A stretch of 64,000 nucleotides of DNA from a virus. Shown here piece by piece: positions 26,293-36,900 of this stretch. The notes beneath the pieces were generated by a model. The model was not told where the DNA came from and ran no database searches. It saw nothing but the letters and a program-made list of their open reading frames with translations. The stretch is from positions 64,001-128,000 of the IMG/VR virus record IMGVR_UViG_3300028045_001344; one strand, 5' to 3'. A program made the translations under genes and the position numbers. The first letter of the stretch is position 1. Each line of letters starts with the position of its first letter.

Positions 26293-29211
26293 TTATTCAT
26301 TCGAAGTTGTTTGTGTTGTTTTAAATTTTACATTAATATCTAACTTTTTTGAACTCTTTGTTGAAGATAATCTTATTTTAAATTTTCTTCCGTTGCTTGG
26401 TTCGCCCCAAATACTTTGTTGTCCTTTTCCAAGTTGAGCAGTTACAGTCGCAGAATTGTCTCCCTCTAGTTGAAAATCGTTGTTCGCTGAACTGATTGAT
26501 TTTACTTTCGCTGATAGCTCGCTCTCATTAAGTAAAGCTTGAGAAAAAGATGGTTTGATTTGTAAAAATCTTCTAACGGGTTTTGAGACTTGTCGTCCAA
26601 CGTCTACGTCCATATCCACCAATTGTATTAAAGAATAAATGTTCTCGTTGTCTTGAACTATTTCACACTCATATACTGAAGTAGGATTTGAAGTATGATT
26701 ATGATTATCTATTGCGCGGAAACAATAATAATACTTTGTATTTGGTTTGATGTCGTCTACAAAACCTGCGGAAGTTGAACCTTGAGCGGCGAATATCTTG
26801 GTATGTGCTCCTTGTGTAAAATCGGTATATTTGGTTGGTCTGTGTTCCAATCTAAAAATATCAAATTCAGTTACATGATCGTCGCTCTTAAAATGAACTT
26901 CATCCGGCGTATTGTTACTATTTGTGTCACGCCCATGAAGACGTAACATTTCGCTGAAATCATCCGATGGCAAAACGCTAATGGGTTCCTCCCAATAGTC
27001 TCCCACGCTTCCATTGAGCCACAACAAAATTTTATCCCCGGTGTCTTGATAAGGAATTATATTAATATCAGGTCTTACAGGTGGAGTATCAACAACTGCT
27101 ATCCCCAAGGGGTAATCAATTTTTGTATCATAATAAGGAACCTCTATTATTTTTATAAGGGGCTCGTTGAAGACACAAAGGCGAGCAAGAAAGTCGCCAA
27201 GCCTAGAAGGAGGCGGAGGGGGCGTGAACGGTCCTTGTTTGCCCGATGGGTATACTACCGTCGCATTACTTATGCCACCAATTTTATTAACCTTGTATTC
27301 ATACTTGTTGCCAATAACCATTTGATAAGCCCAGATCTTATAGCGATATCTTTTATTGTATTTTACTTGAGTGTCAATGTAGCTCATAACATCAATCTTG
27401 CTTGAATTAGGAAACCAAAAATTCTGTATGGTTTGATCCGGGACATCGGCATCAACCTTCTCTATGCGGTATAATAGCGTTTCTGAATATGCTTCTTTGC
27501 CCTGTAAGATTTCTTTGAACGATCTAAAATGGCCTTGATTAGAAGTTGGCTCAACCAGTTTATCTAATTCGGCTGCAAACAAATTCATTCGCAACAGAAC
27601 GTCTAACGCATTTGCCGGGTTGGATAGTAGGTCAAGGTCTTCACGGATACGACCAAGAAATGTTATTCTAAATTCTTCCAGATCGTCAAAGAGATCTTTA
27701 TATTCGTCCTGTAGTTGGGTTGGGTCAATAACCCCATCTATGAAGCCGCCTAAATAAAACTGAGTGGAGGGAGCAAATTTATTAACATATTCGCACATTT
27801 CTGTAGCTATATTGAACCAATAGTCAAAACTATATAATCCCCTTGAGGCACCCACCCCAGTCATCCCATTGATAAACTCGGAAATATTTTTTATTAGAAG
27901 TGGGAAAAGGCCGTTACTTTCCACTAGGTCAGCAAATTTAGTTTGAACATCCGTTACAAAGTCTATCTTAATGTTCATAGGGAAAAGGATTTCGTTTCCT
28001 TTGTGGTCCTCAAGCATTCGTGTATTTGAAATTGGAAGTGCTACATTTTCATATTGACTTTTTAGTTTACTAAATGTGGTGTTGGGATCGGGAAAATTCT
28101 GTATCTTATCGGACCATGTTTCAAAATATTGACCCTTGTCAGTTTCTCCGATTTTGCGACCATTGGGACCAATAATATCAACAAATGTCTTAGTGATCTG
28201 ATTTTCTCCCCTGTCATTTTGTAAGTTTATTAATCGACTAAACCGGGAGTTGTCACCGTCTAAAAATCTATTATCAAATTCAGAAGCAAAGGCATAAAGA
28301 TTCGGCAATAAACTTTCTGGAATAGTTGAATCCGCGATTGTTTCTTCATAAGATTTTATATAGAAGTTATACGAAGGAGTTATCTTAGCATATACATCCC
28401 TCACCGAAGAAGGAATATCCGGTGATCCCTCATTGATTTCCTTATCCTCAAAGGGAATCCACATACTAAAGCTAGTATCTTCGTAACTCTTTTCATGAAA
28501 CTTTTCCTTAACAAAGAGAGCCCACTTGGTATTATCCTTCCACCACTCAGGCACACTCTCATTTGGAAAATCTATAAACTCTTGTAATTGTGCGGGAGTG
28601 AAATTCCAAGGCGTTAGTGGTGGGGTTATTTGTATAGTATATTTTTCTCTCTTAGAGGATAGAAATGTTGGGTTGCTAGGTGGAGAAGCTTCAACGCTGT
28701 TCCACGGAAAAGCCGTATAGTTATCACTCAGCAATAAGGAAGACGGAATAACACGGGATTGAAGATTAGAGTTATTTAGATTTCGAAACTCTGCTAGTGT
28801 ATTATAAGGTCTATCATCCGTAAAGCAAATCGCCAAACCTAAATCATCGTCTCGATCAGAAAGATTGGTTGATGGCGTGGCAAAAGCATCGGTCTGGTCT
28901 GGGCTTGCGGCAAACCTATTATCATAATAGTATCTAGCGGGAAAGTTTCCATACCGTGCTGGGCTATTTATTACTGGTCGTGTCCAAAATTTATTATATG
29001 CAGTGCGAAGAATATCTATGTCATTCGGTGATTTCTGGGTTACAACATAAGGTAGATATAGTTGCGGAGTAGTTCCCCAATAAGAATATTGTACCAATGG
29101 AGAGTTAGGTCCATTCGACCCCGTACATTCTCCTTCGTGGAAATATTGAATAGGCACAAGTTCTTTATTACGAAAAAGAAACTTCTTTTTGTGGATGAAA
29201 TTCAGTGGCAT
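26293..29211 (-). CDS. Large putative virion protein with Fn3-like domains
   Basis: IDTQVKYNKRYRYKIWA and DDIKPNTKYYYCFRAID..H.SNP are Fn3-like strands. Confidence 0.6.
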   Translation of the reverse strand: MPLNFIHKKKFLFRNKELVPIQYFHEGECTGSNGPNSPLVQYSYWGTTPQLYLPYVVTQKSPNDIDILRTAYNKFWTRPVINSPARYGNFPARYYYDNRFAASPDQTDAFATPSTNLSDRDDDLGLAICFTDDRPYNTLAEFRNLNNSNLQSRVIPSSLLLSDNYTAFPWNSVEASPPSNPTFLSSKREKYTIQITPPLTPWNFTPAQLQEFIDFPNESVPEWWKDNTKWALFVKEKFHEKSYEDTSFSMWIPFEDKEINEGSPDIPSSVRDVYAKITPSYNFYIKSYEETIADSTIPESLLPNLYAFASEFDNRFLDGDNSRFSRLINLQNDRGENQITKTFVDIIGPNGRKIGETDKGQYFETWSDKIQNFPDPNTTFSKLKSQYENVALPISNTRMLEDHKGNEILFPMNIKIDFVTDVQTKFADLVESNGLFPLLIKNISEFINGMTGVGASRGLYSFDYWFNIATEMCEYVNKFAPSTQFYLGGFIDGVIDPTQLQDEYKDLFDDLEEFRITFLGRIREDLDLLSNPANALDVLLRMNLFAAELDKLVEPTSNQGHFRSFKEILQGKEAYSETLLYRIEKVDADVPDQTIQNFWFPNSSKIDVMSYIDTQVKYNKRYRYKIWAYQMVIGNKYEYKVNKIGGISNATVVYPSGKQGPFTPPPPPSRLGDFLARLCVFNEPLIKIIEVPYYDTKIDYPLGIAVVDTPPVRPDINIIPYQDTGDKILLWLNGSVGDYWEEPISVLPSDDFSEMLRLHGRDTNSNNTPDEVHFKSDDHVTEFDIFRLEHRPTKYTDFTQGAHTKIFAAQGSTSAGFVDDIKPNTKYYYCFRAIDNHNHTSNPTSVYECEIVQDNENIYSLIQLVDMDVDVGRQVSKPVRRFLQIKPSFSQALLNESELSAKVKSISSANNDFQLEGDNSATVTAQLGKGQQSIWGEPSNGRKFKIRLSSTKSSKKLDINVKFKTTQTTSNE

Positions 29212-32200
29212 TATGGACCCCCTCCTACGCCCGGAATCTCTACGCGATAATATTCATCGTAAGTGGGCAAATCATAATTTGAATTTCTTGATAATAAAAC
29301 CGTATTATTTACATATGCTGTAGAGCGACAGAATGGAGCATAAGTGTCCCAACGAGGCTTAAAAAATGATTCTCTAACAAGCGAACTTCTCCAATTTGGC
29401 TGCTTTAGGAGAACACGAAAAATGGGTGTAGGCGGCGGTCGCGGAGACGAAGATGCATTCAGGTTTGTAACTCGGGGGTTGTTGGGGTTCATGATCACAC
29501 CGACGTTATAACCCGCGAGGTGTTCCATCTTATTAATAGTTTGAGTGCGATACATAAACTCAGGGTATAGTATAACATTATTTTCAATTTTGGCAAAAAA
29601 ATCTCTCGCTGCTTGGCTTAGGCGCGAAGTCGCCGAGTCTGCTAGAACATTATAATATAAAAGTGTCTTTGTTTGTGGTGGCACATCTCTCAAATAAGAA
29701 GATTCATAGCTACGTTCTATGGCATCGTTAGGAGGGTTTCGGGCCGCGACCGCTTGGGAAATCAATAAACTAGCAGAACTATTCTGTTCACTCAAATCAA
29801 AAGAAGATTTATCCAATGACATATTTTTTGTAAGTAAGCGTGGATTTAAGTCTGGGGAAGTGGATTCCTTGAGCACGTCTAAATAAAATTCATATGAAAT
29901 GTATCTGCGCTGGTTTGATAATTTTCTTAGCCCCTTATAATAAGAATCCGCAAAACTGGCAGCTTCCGGGCCAGGAGATGTTCCGTTGGGGTATTGCGAT
30001 TGTAAGTTCAATAAAAATCCGCCCTCTCCACCAATGTCGGGAGTTACAATCTCCGCACTGTGATAAGTTGAAAAATAATTTGATAAGTCATTGGCTAGCA
30101 CTTTATCATTTACAAGTGCTGAAGTTCCAGCACCTTCGACCAATGTTTCTAAAAAATTGTTATTGGTGCGCGACTTTAGTAAAGAATATGACACGGGCTT
30201 AAGAAAATCACTTGATTCATAATTACTGTCTTGAAGTGAAACTGAACCACCAGGCACTACTATACGATAAGGGGAAAAGAAAACACCTTCAGTGTTTCCC
30301 ATTTTTATGTTATCGCCAGGTGTATTACCAGCCAAAAAACCACCTAGGGGAACGATCTGAAATGAAGAATTATAAGACGGAAATAAGTTGGTGTATTGCT
30401 GTGTGGAATATGTAGAATAATCGGCATAAGAGATTGTGTTTAGTCCGCTTTCGTTTTGTGTTGTCGTTGTTGTATTCAAAAAATCAAAGCCCAGATTAGT
30501 CATAAGGTTCGCATTGAAAATTGCTTGTGGGGTATTTTTTATTTTATAGCTGCGATCTTTAGACGCAGGATTTTGCTTTTCATCAAACCCAATGGATATT
30601 ATTTCACCATCTTCATTTCGTGTCTCTTGTCTTTCCCTGCTTCTAATTGTTCCAATGATGGATTCTAAATTATTTGATATAGTTTCCATCAAGCGCATAA
30701 CCGCGTTTATGCTCGAAGGTGTCGCGCTCCAAGGATTTAGATAGTTTAACAAAGTAGTTTCAATGTTGGCCCAATTAAGATTTTTATAAGAGTGATCGCT
30801 CGCCAATAATTTTATTATGCTTACTAATCCATGAGAGTTGTTGCTTATAGTTGATGCGAATTCCACCACCAACTGTCCACCGGGAGCATAAACCTCTGAG
30901 AACTCTGATGTAAAAAAATTTGTTTTTGAATTGAAGTTTCCTGTCTGCACTTCACCACGTTGATAAATTTGTTCAGTGCGACCGGCGATTGTCCCGCCCA
31001 AATAAGGACTTCCATCTTGCGCCGGGATGCCCGGAATAGTTCTCATTACTTTTGTTGCTTCATTGTAATATTTACGAATGCCTTTTAGGTTTATATCAAG
31101 TTGTGATCGTATGTCATCAAGAACCGAAACCGACTTGTCTAGCATTTCAAATTCAATTCGATATTGATAATAGCCATCAGTAATATTTTTTATAGAGCCA
31201 TCGATTCCCTCAAAGTGTCGCAGCGTGTAACTAGGCAAATGCCTTCCGCCATCAATTGTTAAGCCAAGAGAAGTGTTTGAGATTTCTGAAATTACATTAT
31301 CATTTGTTGAAGTTTTGGAAACAGGTATTATTCCGGTGGTCGTAAGAGAATCCTTTGTTTCAAAAAGCATTTCATCAATTTGATTTTCAGAAAATGGCTT
31401 CTGTCTCACATATGCTGGCATTGTATAGTCGGGATTTGGCACTACAATTGGGTTTGCCCCAGCCTCACTACTACCTTGAATCCTGTGTCGAAAAATTCTA
31501 AAGGAGGTTATCTTGCTTTTATTTAGAAGATTGTCAAGAGCCACAGAAGATCTTTTTTCAAAAATCTTCCCAAACACTGAATTATCAAGCAACATCCTTT
31601 GCCAATCAATAGTAAAGAAAAATCTGGCTTGATCCATAATATCTCGTGTGAGAAATAAATCAGAAAAATATGTATCTTGTGTGTTGATATCAATTTTAGA
31701 ATTGCGTAAATTGTTTTTTATTGCGCCCAAGGCTGCGTTCTCAATGTGAGCAAAATCAAATTCAATATTTTCTATTTCGTTAAAGGTTCTAAAATCTTGA
31801 ACTCTTGGTAAAGAAATAATTTCTGGTACAATAACTTTGTGAATGCCCCATTTCGAAATGTCCGAGACTTGATAAGTGCTTGGTACATATTTTGGCTCCA
31901 TTTCGTGACCAGTCATCCATAGGTCTTTCTTGTCTTCAGTGCTGAAAAAAACTAAAATATCTTCTAAATTTTTAATCTTTCTTTCTCGCATCTTGTTTTT
32001 AATTAAGCGATTTGATGGGGCAGATAAATCCAACTCTTTAAGAATCGTAATCTTCTTCGCAATATCTATTCGATCAACTTTGCCATAATGAACTGGACCA
32101 TTCCATACACGACCATCACGTTCGCGATATATCTGGGATGTAGAAACTATTTTTCCATTTTCTACCACAAGTAAGCCCGATTTCTGACTTACTGCTTTGT

Positions 32201-32819
32201 TAATGATCGGGGGTGTAAGGCGACCCATAGAAGTTGAAAGTTTTGAAATTGATGAGTAGGCAATAATTCCAAGATCATTGAGTTGACCATCAATCAAAGA
32301 TACATCATCAAATCGAAATGAATATGTCATCACTCTTGTTCCGTCAGCAAGGGTTTCTTGTATGGTGCTCAAGTCCATAGAACTTATTAAAGAACTTAAA
32401 GAAACGGTCTTTATAGTGTTAGGTTGTTTTTGTTCAGCCAATGCAACGGGATTCTTAAGGATTTTTTTATAAGTTTCTGAGTTTGTTGTTGTAATAACAT
32501 TAATCAGGATACTATTGCGAACAGTGCTTGAATCAAGGGAGGTGCTTCCTACGGGAACCGAAATTGACAGATCTAATACCACACGAGTCTTGGGTGACAA
32601 AGCTCCAACGTTGATTGCTTGAGCTGCGAAACCGCGCCTTGAGATTGATACGTTGCTCCTACCCGCATCTATATGAGGATTCTTATTATAGAATGCTTCT
32701 GCATAATTAATATTTGACAAGTATGCGTTGGCACTCGCATCCGGTTGGATTTCTAAAGTTACTTTCTTGACCTTGACGACAGGCAAAAAAGGTTCAAAAT
32801 TTATTCGTGGTGTTGCCAT
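29211..32819 (-). CDS. Large putative virion protein
   Basis: 1202-aa ORF in the tail/baseplate block; no family recognised. Confidence 0.55.
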   Translation of the reverse strand: MATPRINFEPFLPVVKVKKVTLEIQPDASANAYLSNINYAEAFYNKNPHIDAGRSNVSISRRGFAAQAINVGALSPKTRVVLDLSISVPVGSTSLDSSTVRNSILINVITTTNSETYKKILKNPVALAEQKQPNTIKTVSLSSLISSMDLSTIQETLADGTRVMTYSFRFDDVSLIDGQLNDLGIIAYSSISKLSTSMGRLTPPIINKAVSQKSGLLVVENGKIVSTSQIYRERDGRVWNGPVHYGKVDRIDIAKKITILKELDLSAPSNRLIKNKMRERKIKNLEDILVFFSTEDKKDLWMTGHEMEPKYVPSTYQVSDISKWGIHKVIVPEIISLPRVQDFRTFNEIENIEFDFAHIENAALGAIKNNLRNSKIDINTQDTYFSDLFLTRDIMDQARFFFTIDWQRMLLDNSVFGKIFEKRSSVALDNLLNKSKITSFRIFRHRIQGSSEAGANPIVVPNPDYTMPAYVRQKPFSENQIDEMLFETKDSLTTTGIIPVSKTSTNDNVISEISNTSLGLTIDGGRHLPSYTLRHFEGIDGSIKNITDGYYQYRIEFEMLDKSVSVLDDIRSQLDINLKGIRKYYNEATKVMRTIPGIPAQDGSPYLGGTIAGRTEQIYQRGEVQTGNFNSKTNFFTSEFSEVYAPGGQLVVEFASTISNNSHGLVSIIKLLASDHSYKNLNWANIETTLLNYLNPWSATPSSINAVMRLMETISNNLESIIGTIRSRERQETRNEDGEIISIGFDEKQNPASKDRSYKIKNTPQAIFNANLMTNLGFDFLNTTTTTQNESGLNTISYADYSTYSTQQYTNLFPSYNSSFQIVPLGGFLAGNTPGDNIKMGNTEGVFFSPYRIVVPGGSVSLQDSNYESSDFLKPVSYSLLKSRTNNNFLETLVEGAGTSALVNDKVLANDLSNYFSTYHSAEIVTPDIGGEGGFLLNLQSQYPNGTSPGPEAASFADSYYKGLRKLSNQRRYISYEFYLDVLKESTSPDLNPRLLTKNMSLDKSSFDLSEQNSSASLLISQAVAARNPPNDAIERSYESSYLRDVPPQTKTLLYYNVLADSATSRLSQAARDFFAKIENNVILYPEFMYRTQTINKMEHLAGYNVGVIMNPNNPRVTNLNASSSPRPPPTPIFRVLLKQPNWRSSLVRESFFKPRWDTYAPFCRSTAYVNNTVLLSRNSNYDLPTYDEYYRVEIPGVGGGP

Positions 32820-32821
32820 AT

Positions 32822-33913
32822 CTAATCACAAACCTCCTCGTCAACCGTATCATAAAGATTATCTATTCCTATTTTTTTCTGATTTTCTAATTCGTTACAT
32901 TCTAACAATCTAGATGAGAAAATTCCTTGTGACTTATCTGCTGGCTTGAGGGAACAGAGTAGCTTCTGGTCGATCTCATTATCAGCAAAAATATCAAAAT
33001 AGTATTCAACATAATTAGAATCAATATAGGTATTTTCTTGCGCTATAATTTCGTCTGGTTCTAATAAAATATTTCCTTGAACTTGTGATTTTTGTTTCTT
33101 AAAATATAGAGGAACTAAGTATTCCTTTTTCCATTTGGTTGCCGGACTTGACGGTGTGGCTATTTTGTCATATTCTTGCGTATGCACTTCAAACACTTCC
33201 ACTTCAAAGTTTTCCCAATCAAAATCTGTATTATATTCGTCTATCTCCAAAACAATAGAATCTTCAATAATATTTAATACCGCACCAGTGACCGGAGAAT
33301 TTGAATTAAGCACCCACCCATCAAAATAATTTGGTGAGGAAATTTCACTAGATAGCTGCAATTCATAGTTTATATAATCCATATTGAGTTGAGGTATGGA
33401 TAAAGGTTTGTGCGAGCCAGAGGGATAGTTCCAATAAGCCACCGAACTACTTAAGGTTCCCTTGAGCATATTTATGCTCCATGCCGGTGCTTTGGATGAA
33501 TTTAAATCTGTAGTCCCTAGTGGGATTCCAAAAGTTCCTTTGTCGGGAATAGTAGCAATAGTTACTGAATCATCAGAAATATAAGGAGTGTTGTTTATGT
33601 CAGTGGGAATGCGACCATATTGTTGTGCCAAGGTTTTCTCATTTTCGGTGAGACGATAATATTCGGTTGCCGCATGGACTTGAGTCTCCGCACCATATAA
33701 AAAAGTTTGCATCTCTATTTCGGGGGCTTCAACAATTCTTACTGACGCACTATTTTGTGCCTCTGTGAATCCTCCATACTGAGAGTCGTAAAGGACTTCA
33801 TCATCAAAGAAAGCATAATATTCAGGCTTAAATCTTCCCTTTGCTAATAGGTTCTCGCCATAAGGAGTTATCTCTAGATCAATTACTTGTTCTTTTTTAT
33901 TTAAAAACTTCAT
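32822..33913 (-). CDS. Putative tail/baseplate protein, N-terminal paralog of 25235..26218
   Basis: MKFLNKKEQVIDLEITPYGENLLAKG..F...YAFFDDEVLY. Confidence 0.6.
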   Translation of the reverse strand: MKFLNKKEQVIDLEITPYGENLLAKGRFKPEYYAFFDDEVLYDSQYGGFTEAQNSASVRIVEAPEIEMQTFLYGAETQVHAATEYYRLTENEKTLAQQYGRIPTDINNTPYISDDSVTIATIPDKGTFGIPLGTTDLNSSKAPAWSINMLKGTLSSSVAYWNYPSGSHKPLSIPQLNMDYINYELQLSSEISSPNYFDGWVLNSNSPVTGAVLNIIEDSIVLEIDEYNTDFDWENFEVEVFEVHTQEYDKIATPSSPATKWKKEYLVPLYFKKQKSQVQGNILLEPDEIIAQENTYIDSNYVEYYFDIFADNEIDQKLLCSLKPADKSQGIFSSRLLECNELENQKKIGIDNLYDTVDEEVCD

Positions 33914-36900
33914 CTATCCTTGACCTCCGGTTGGATCAAAGGTTCCTCTATGGCTTGTTCCATCATTACTTGAGGCACCGGAGTCACCAGATTGGGCTCC
34001 TGTTCCCTCCGAGCGACTTTGATCTTGATCCGCGTTGCTAGCGCCCGTTCCTTCTGATTTACCAATGGGATCAACCTCTGTAGATGCGGGAAGAAGTTTT
34101 TTATTGAATTCTACTTCTGTATTTATTTTTCCTAGCTCCACCAAGGAATAGAAATCGTGGGGCCAGTTGTATGAAAATTTAGTCTCAATCCTTGGTATGG
34201 GTGAGGCAAATGTTGTTTGACCAGTAGACCTAAAGTCGGGTTGGGGTTGGGGCGTGACCAATCCACCAACATCATCTGTGTTCCACTGCGTAACTTGAGA
34301 ATATTCCATAGTAGCTCGTTTTTTGATTTTGAAAACAAGCCACCTCACATCAGTAGGTAGGCGTCGTTTATGAAAAAATTCATTTGAATCCAATAAAGAA
34401 TGTTTGATAGTAACGTCTTCTATCTCTGCTTTTACACCAATGCTCGGTAATACACCTTGCCAAATATCTTGTAGGTCTACTTGATCAAGTTCCTGTTCAA
34501 ATTTAAAGATATACATAACAAAAGGGTCAATCCCAGGATTTTGGACAAAATCCATTGAAGGGGGAAGAACAAATTCATTCATCATTTTTACCATATCTGT
34601 TATTGAATTCTTTGGCAACTCTGCATTTGGTGGAGCTTCGCGATAGGGATCAAAGCGTTTTCTATCTATCGCAAATAAATTTACTTCCCCGTTGCGACCC
34701 TCATTGAGCATATTATAGAGCGAAGACATTTGGGCAGGATTTGCGGTTGATGCCATTCCGGGAAGATAGCCCGGTGTGTCGGGAATGTTGGCTTGACCTG
34801 TAAACGGTATTGCAACAACGGCTTCAGATATTTTGCGCTTTTTCGCTAATACGCCGACCTCTTTGTGTAATGAAGTTTGCCCTGAGACATTGTTGAATCC
34901 AAATGCGTTGATAAGACTTGTGCTAATCTCTACACCATCTACTATCTGTGTTGGGCTAATAATGGCTGGATCAACTTTGCTTATCCCCATCGTTACAAAA
35001 TTTGAATCACCTTTGCGAACTCCGTATCCACTCCACATACCCTTTCCTAGTCGCACTGGTTGTTGATCAAGGAAGCCACTTGAAGATAAAGAGGTTGGTG
35101 GGTGTAAGCCTCCACTAACCGTCAGTGTTTGTGTCTCTTGGTTTGAGAAGTCCAATATGGGGCACTCAAACTTGCTAGAAATAATCCACCGACTTTTACC
35201 AGGGGAGTATGTATTCGTGGCAGAAATTAATTTTCCAACTCCATCATACTGTATCTTAAGCTCGTTCTTGATTCCTTTAAGGTTTATACTATCCCCAACA
35301 TTTTGAGCCATTTGATAAGCAAACGAACTCGTGCTAAATGTATCTTCAAACACGCTAGCACTAGGGCTTGTGGTGCTTGCTACATAATTCATATTGCCCA
35401 ATTTGATTTTTTCTTCAAGTTCTGTATTGACAAATTCAATTTCCATTTTCTCAAAGAATACATCAATGGGATTCGTGTTCTCGAATGCCTGTTTCGTCCA
35501 TTCGTCACCAGGAGTATATTTTATTCTAGCAATTGATTTACCATAATAATAGGGTGGAGTATATGGTGCCTGTGCCGGATCAGATACATTATAGTGTGCT
35601 CCTTCTGATGCTGATGACCAGTTAAATATACTTTTCCATTTTTGAGTTGCTGGTCCAAAATATCTGCCGTCAAATGTAGAATAAGTATTATAAATGCTAC
35701 GATCCACAGGTGGAGTATTTTCTGGTCCAAGTGACCAAGTGGCATATTCGCAGGGTTCATCAAAATCAGGTAGCCGACATACAGGATCTTTGGCTGTGAA
35801 TTGAGAAGGAGTATAAGAAAAATCACCAGAAAATCCCGACTCGCACATTGTAAATGGCTTAGCTTCTGTTTTTTCTAATATTACATCCATATAATAAGTC
35901 GCACCAGAAACAAAATGACAAGCCACCACTGGTGATGATTCAAAATAATTCAATTGACCTTGATTGAATGTTTCGGGGTTCTTTGGATCTCTCAAAAAGA
36001 ATCTCACACATTCTGACAAGAAGTTATTCATGGCTTGGTTATATTTACTAATTTTATTTTCTGGATTGCGACCATTCCAAGACAGCATAAAGTGTTGGTT
36101 TGGAGAATCAATGTTTTCACCCTGCGCTGAACACCCAGTAAGACCACAATCTAAATCCAATCCAAACCCACCGTCAAGGGCTTCAGGATAATCAATATGA
36201 AACGCTGCATCTACGGTGCCAGATGGCTTGCCCGGATCTTTGTGAAATAATTTATTCATATCATAAATTGTTTCAAAGTCAATCTTACGGGCAATAGAAG
36301 GATCTTTATACACAACGGTGTTCAAGAAATCGCCGCCCGATAAATTTCCTGAAACACTCGATGTATTAACATTTTGGAGTGTGTAGGTGTCTGAGAGGCA
36401 TGTTCCCGTAACAACAGTCCACCCAACTCCAACACCAGATTTGATAGAATTGTAAACAATCCCAGGGGCAAAGAATGGCGTCGTGATCCCTTGTTTGCGA
36501 ATTGAGTTCAAAGTTTCGCTGGAAGTATAATCTTCTTCAGTTGTTGCTACAAAACAATTCGCCGCCTTGTCCCATTTATATAATTGTAAATTTCTTCCTC
36601 CAACGCTTGAAGAATAATCAAGAGCATCAGCAAACAAAGTGGACAATTGCGTAGTTCGCGACATGGGATAGAAACCGTCATAAGGTAATAATTTTTTAAT
36701 CCCCTTACAGGTTAGACTAAGTGAACCCACAGACATCCAACCCTCACTGTCTTCTTGTTGGTCCATTAGAAGATCAAATTCTTTTAAGAAGTCGGAATTA
36801 GAATACTCTCTAATAAAATCTAAATTTAGCGCACCATCGGCGCTTACACTGCTTGTTGTCTTGCCTCCTGGTAGTTCCAAGAAATCAGTGTGTGTGGCAT

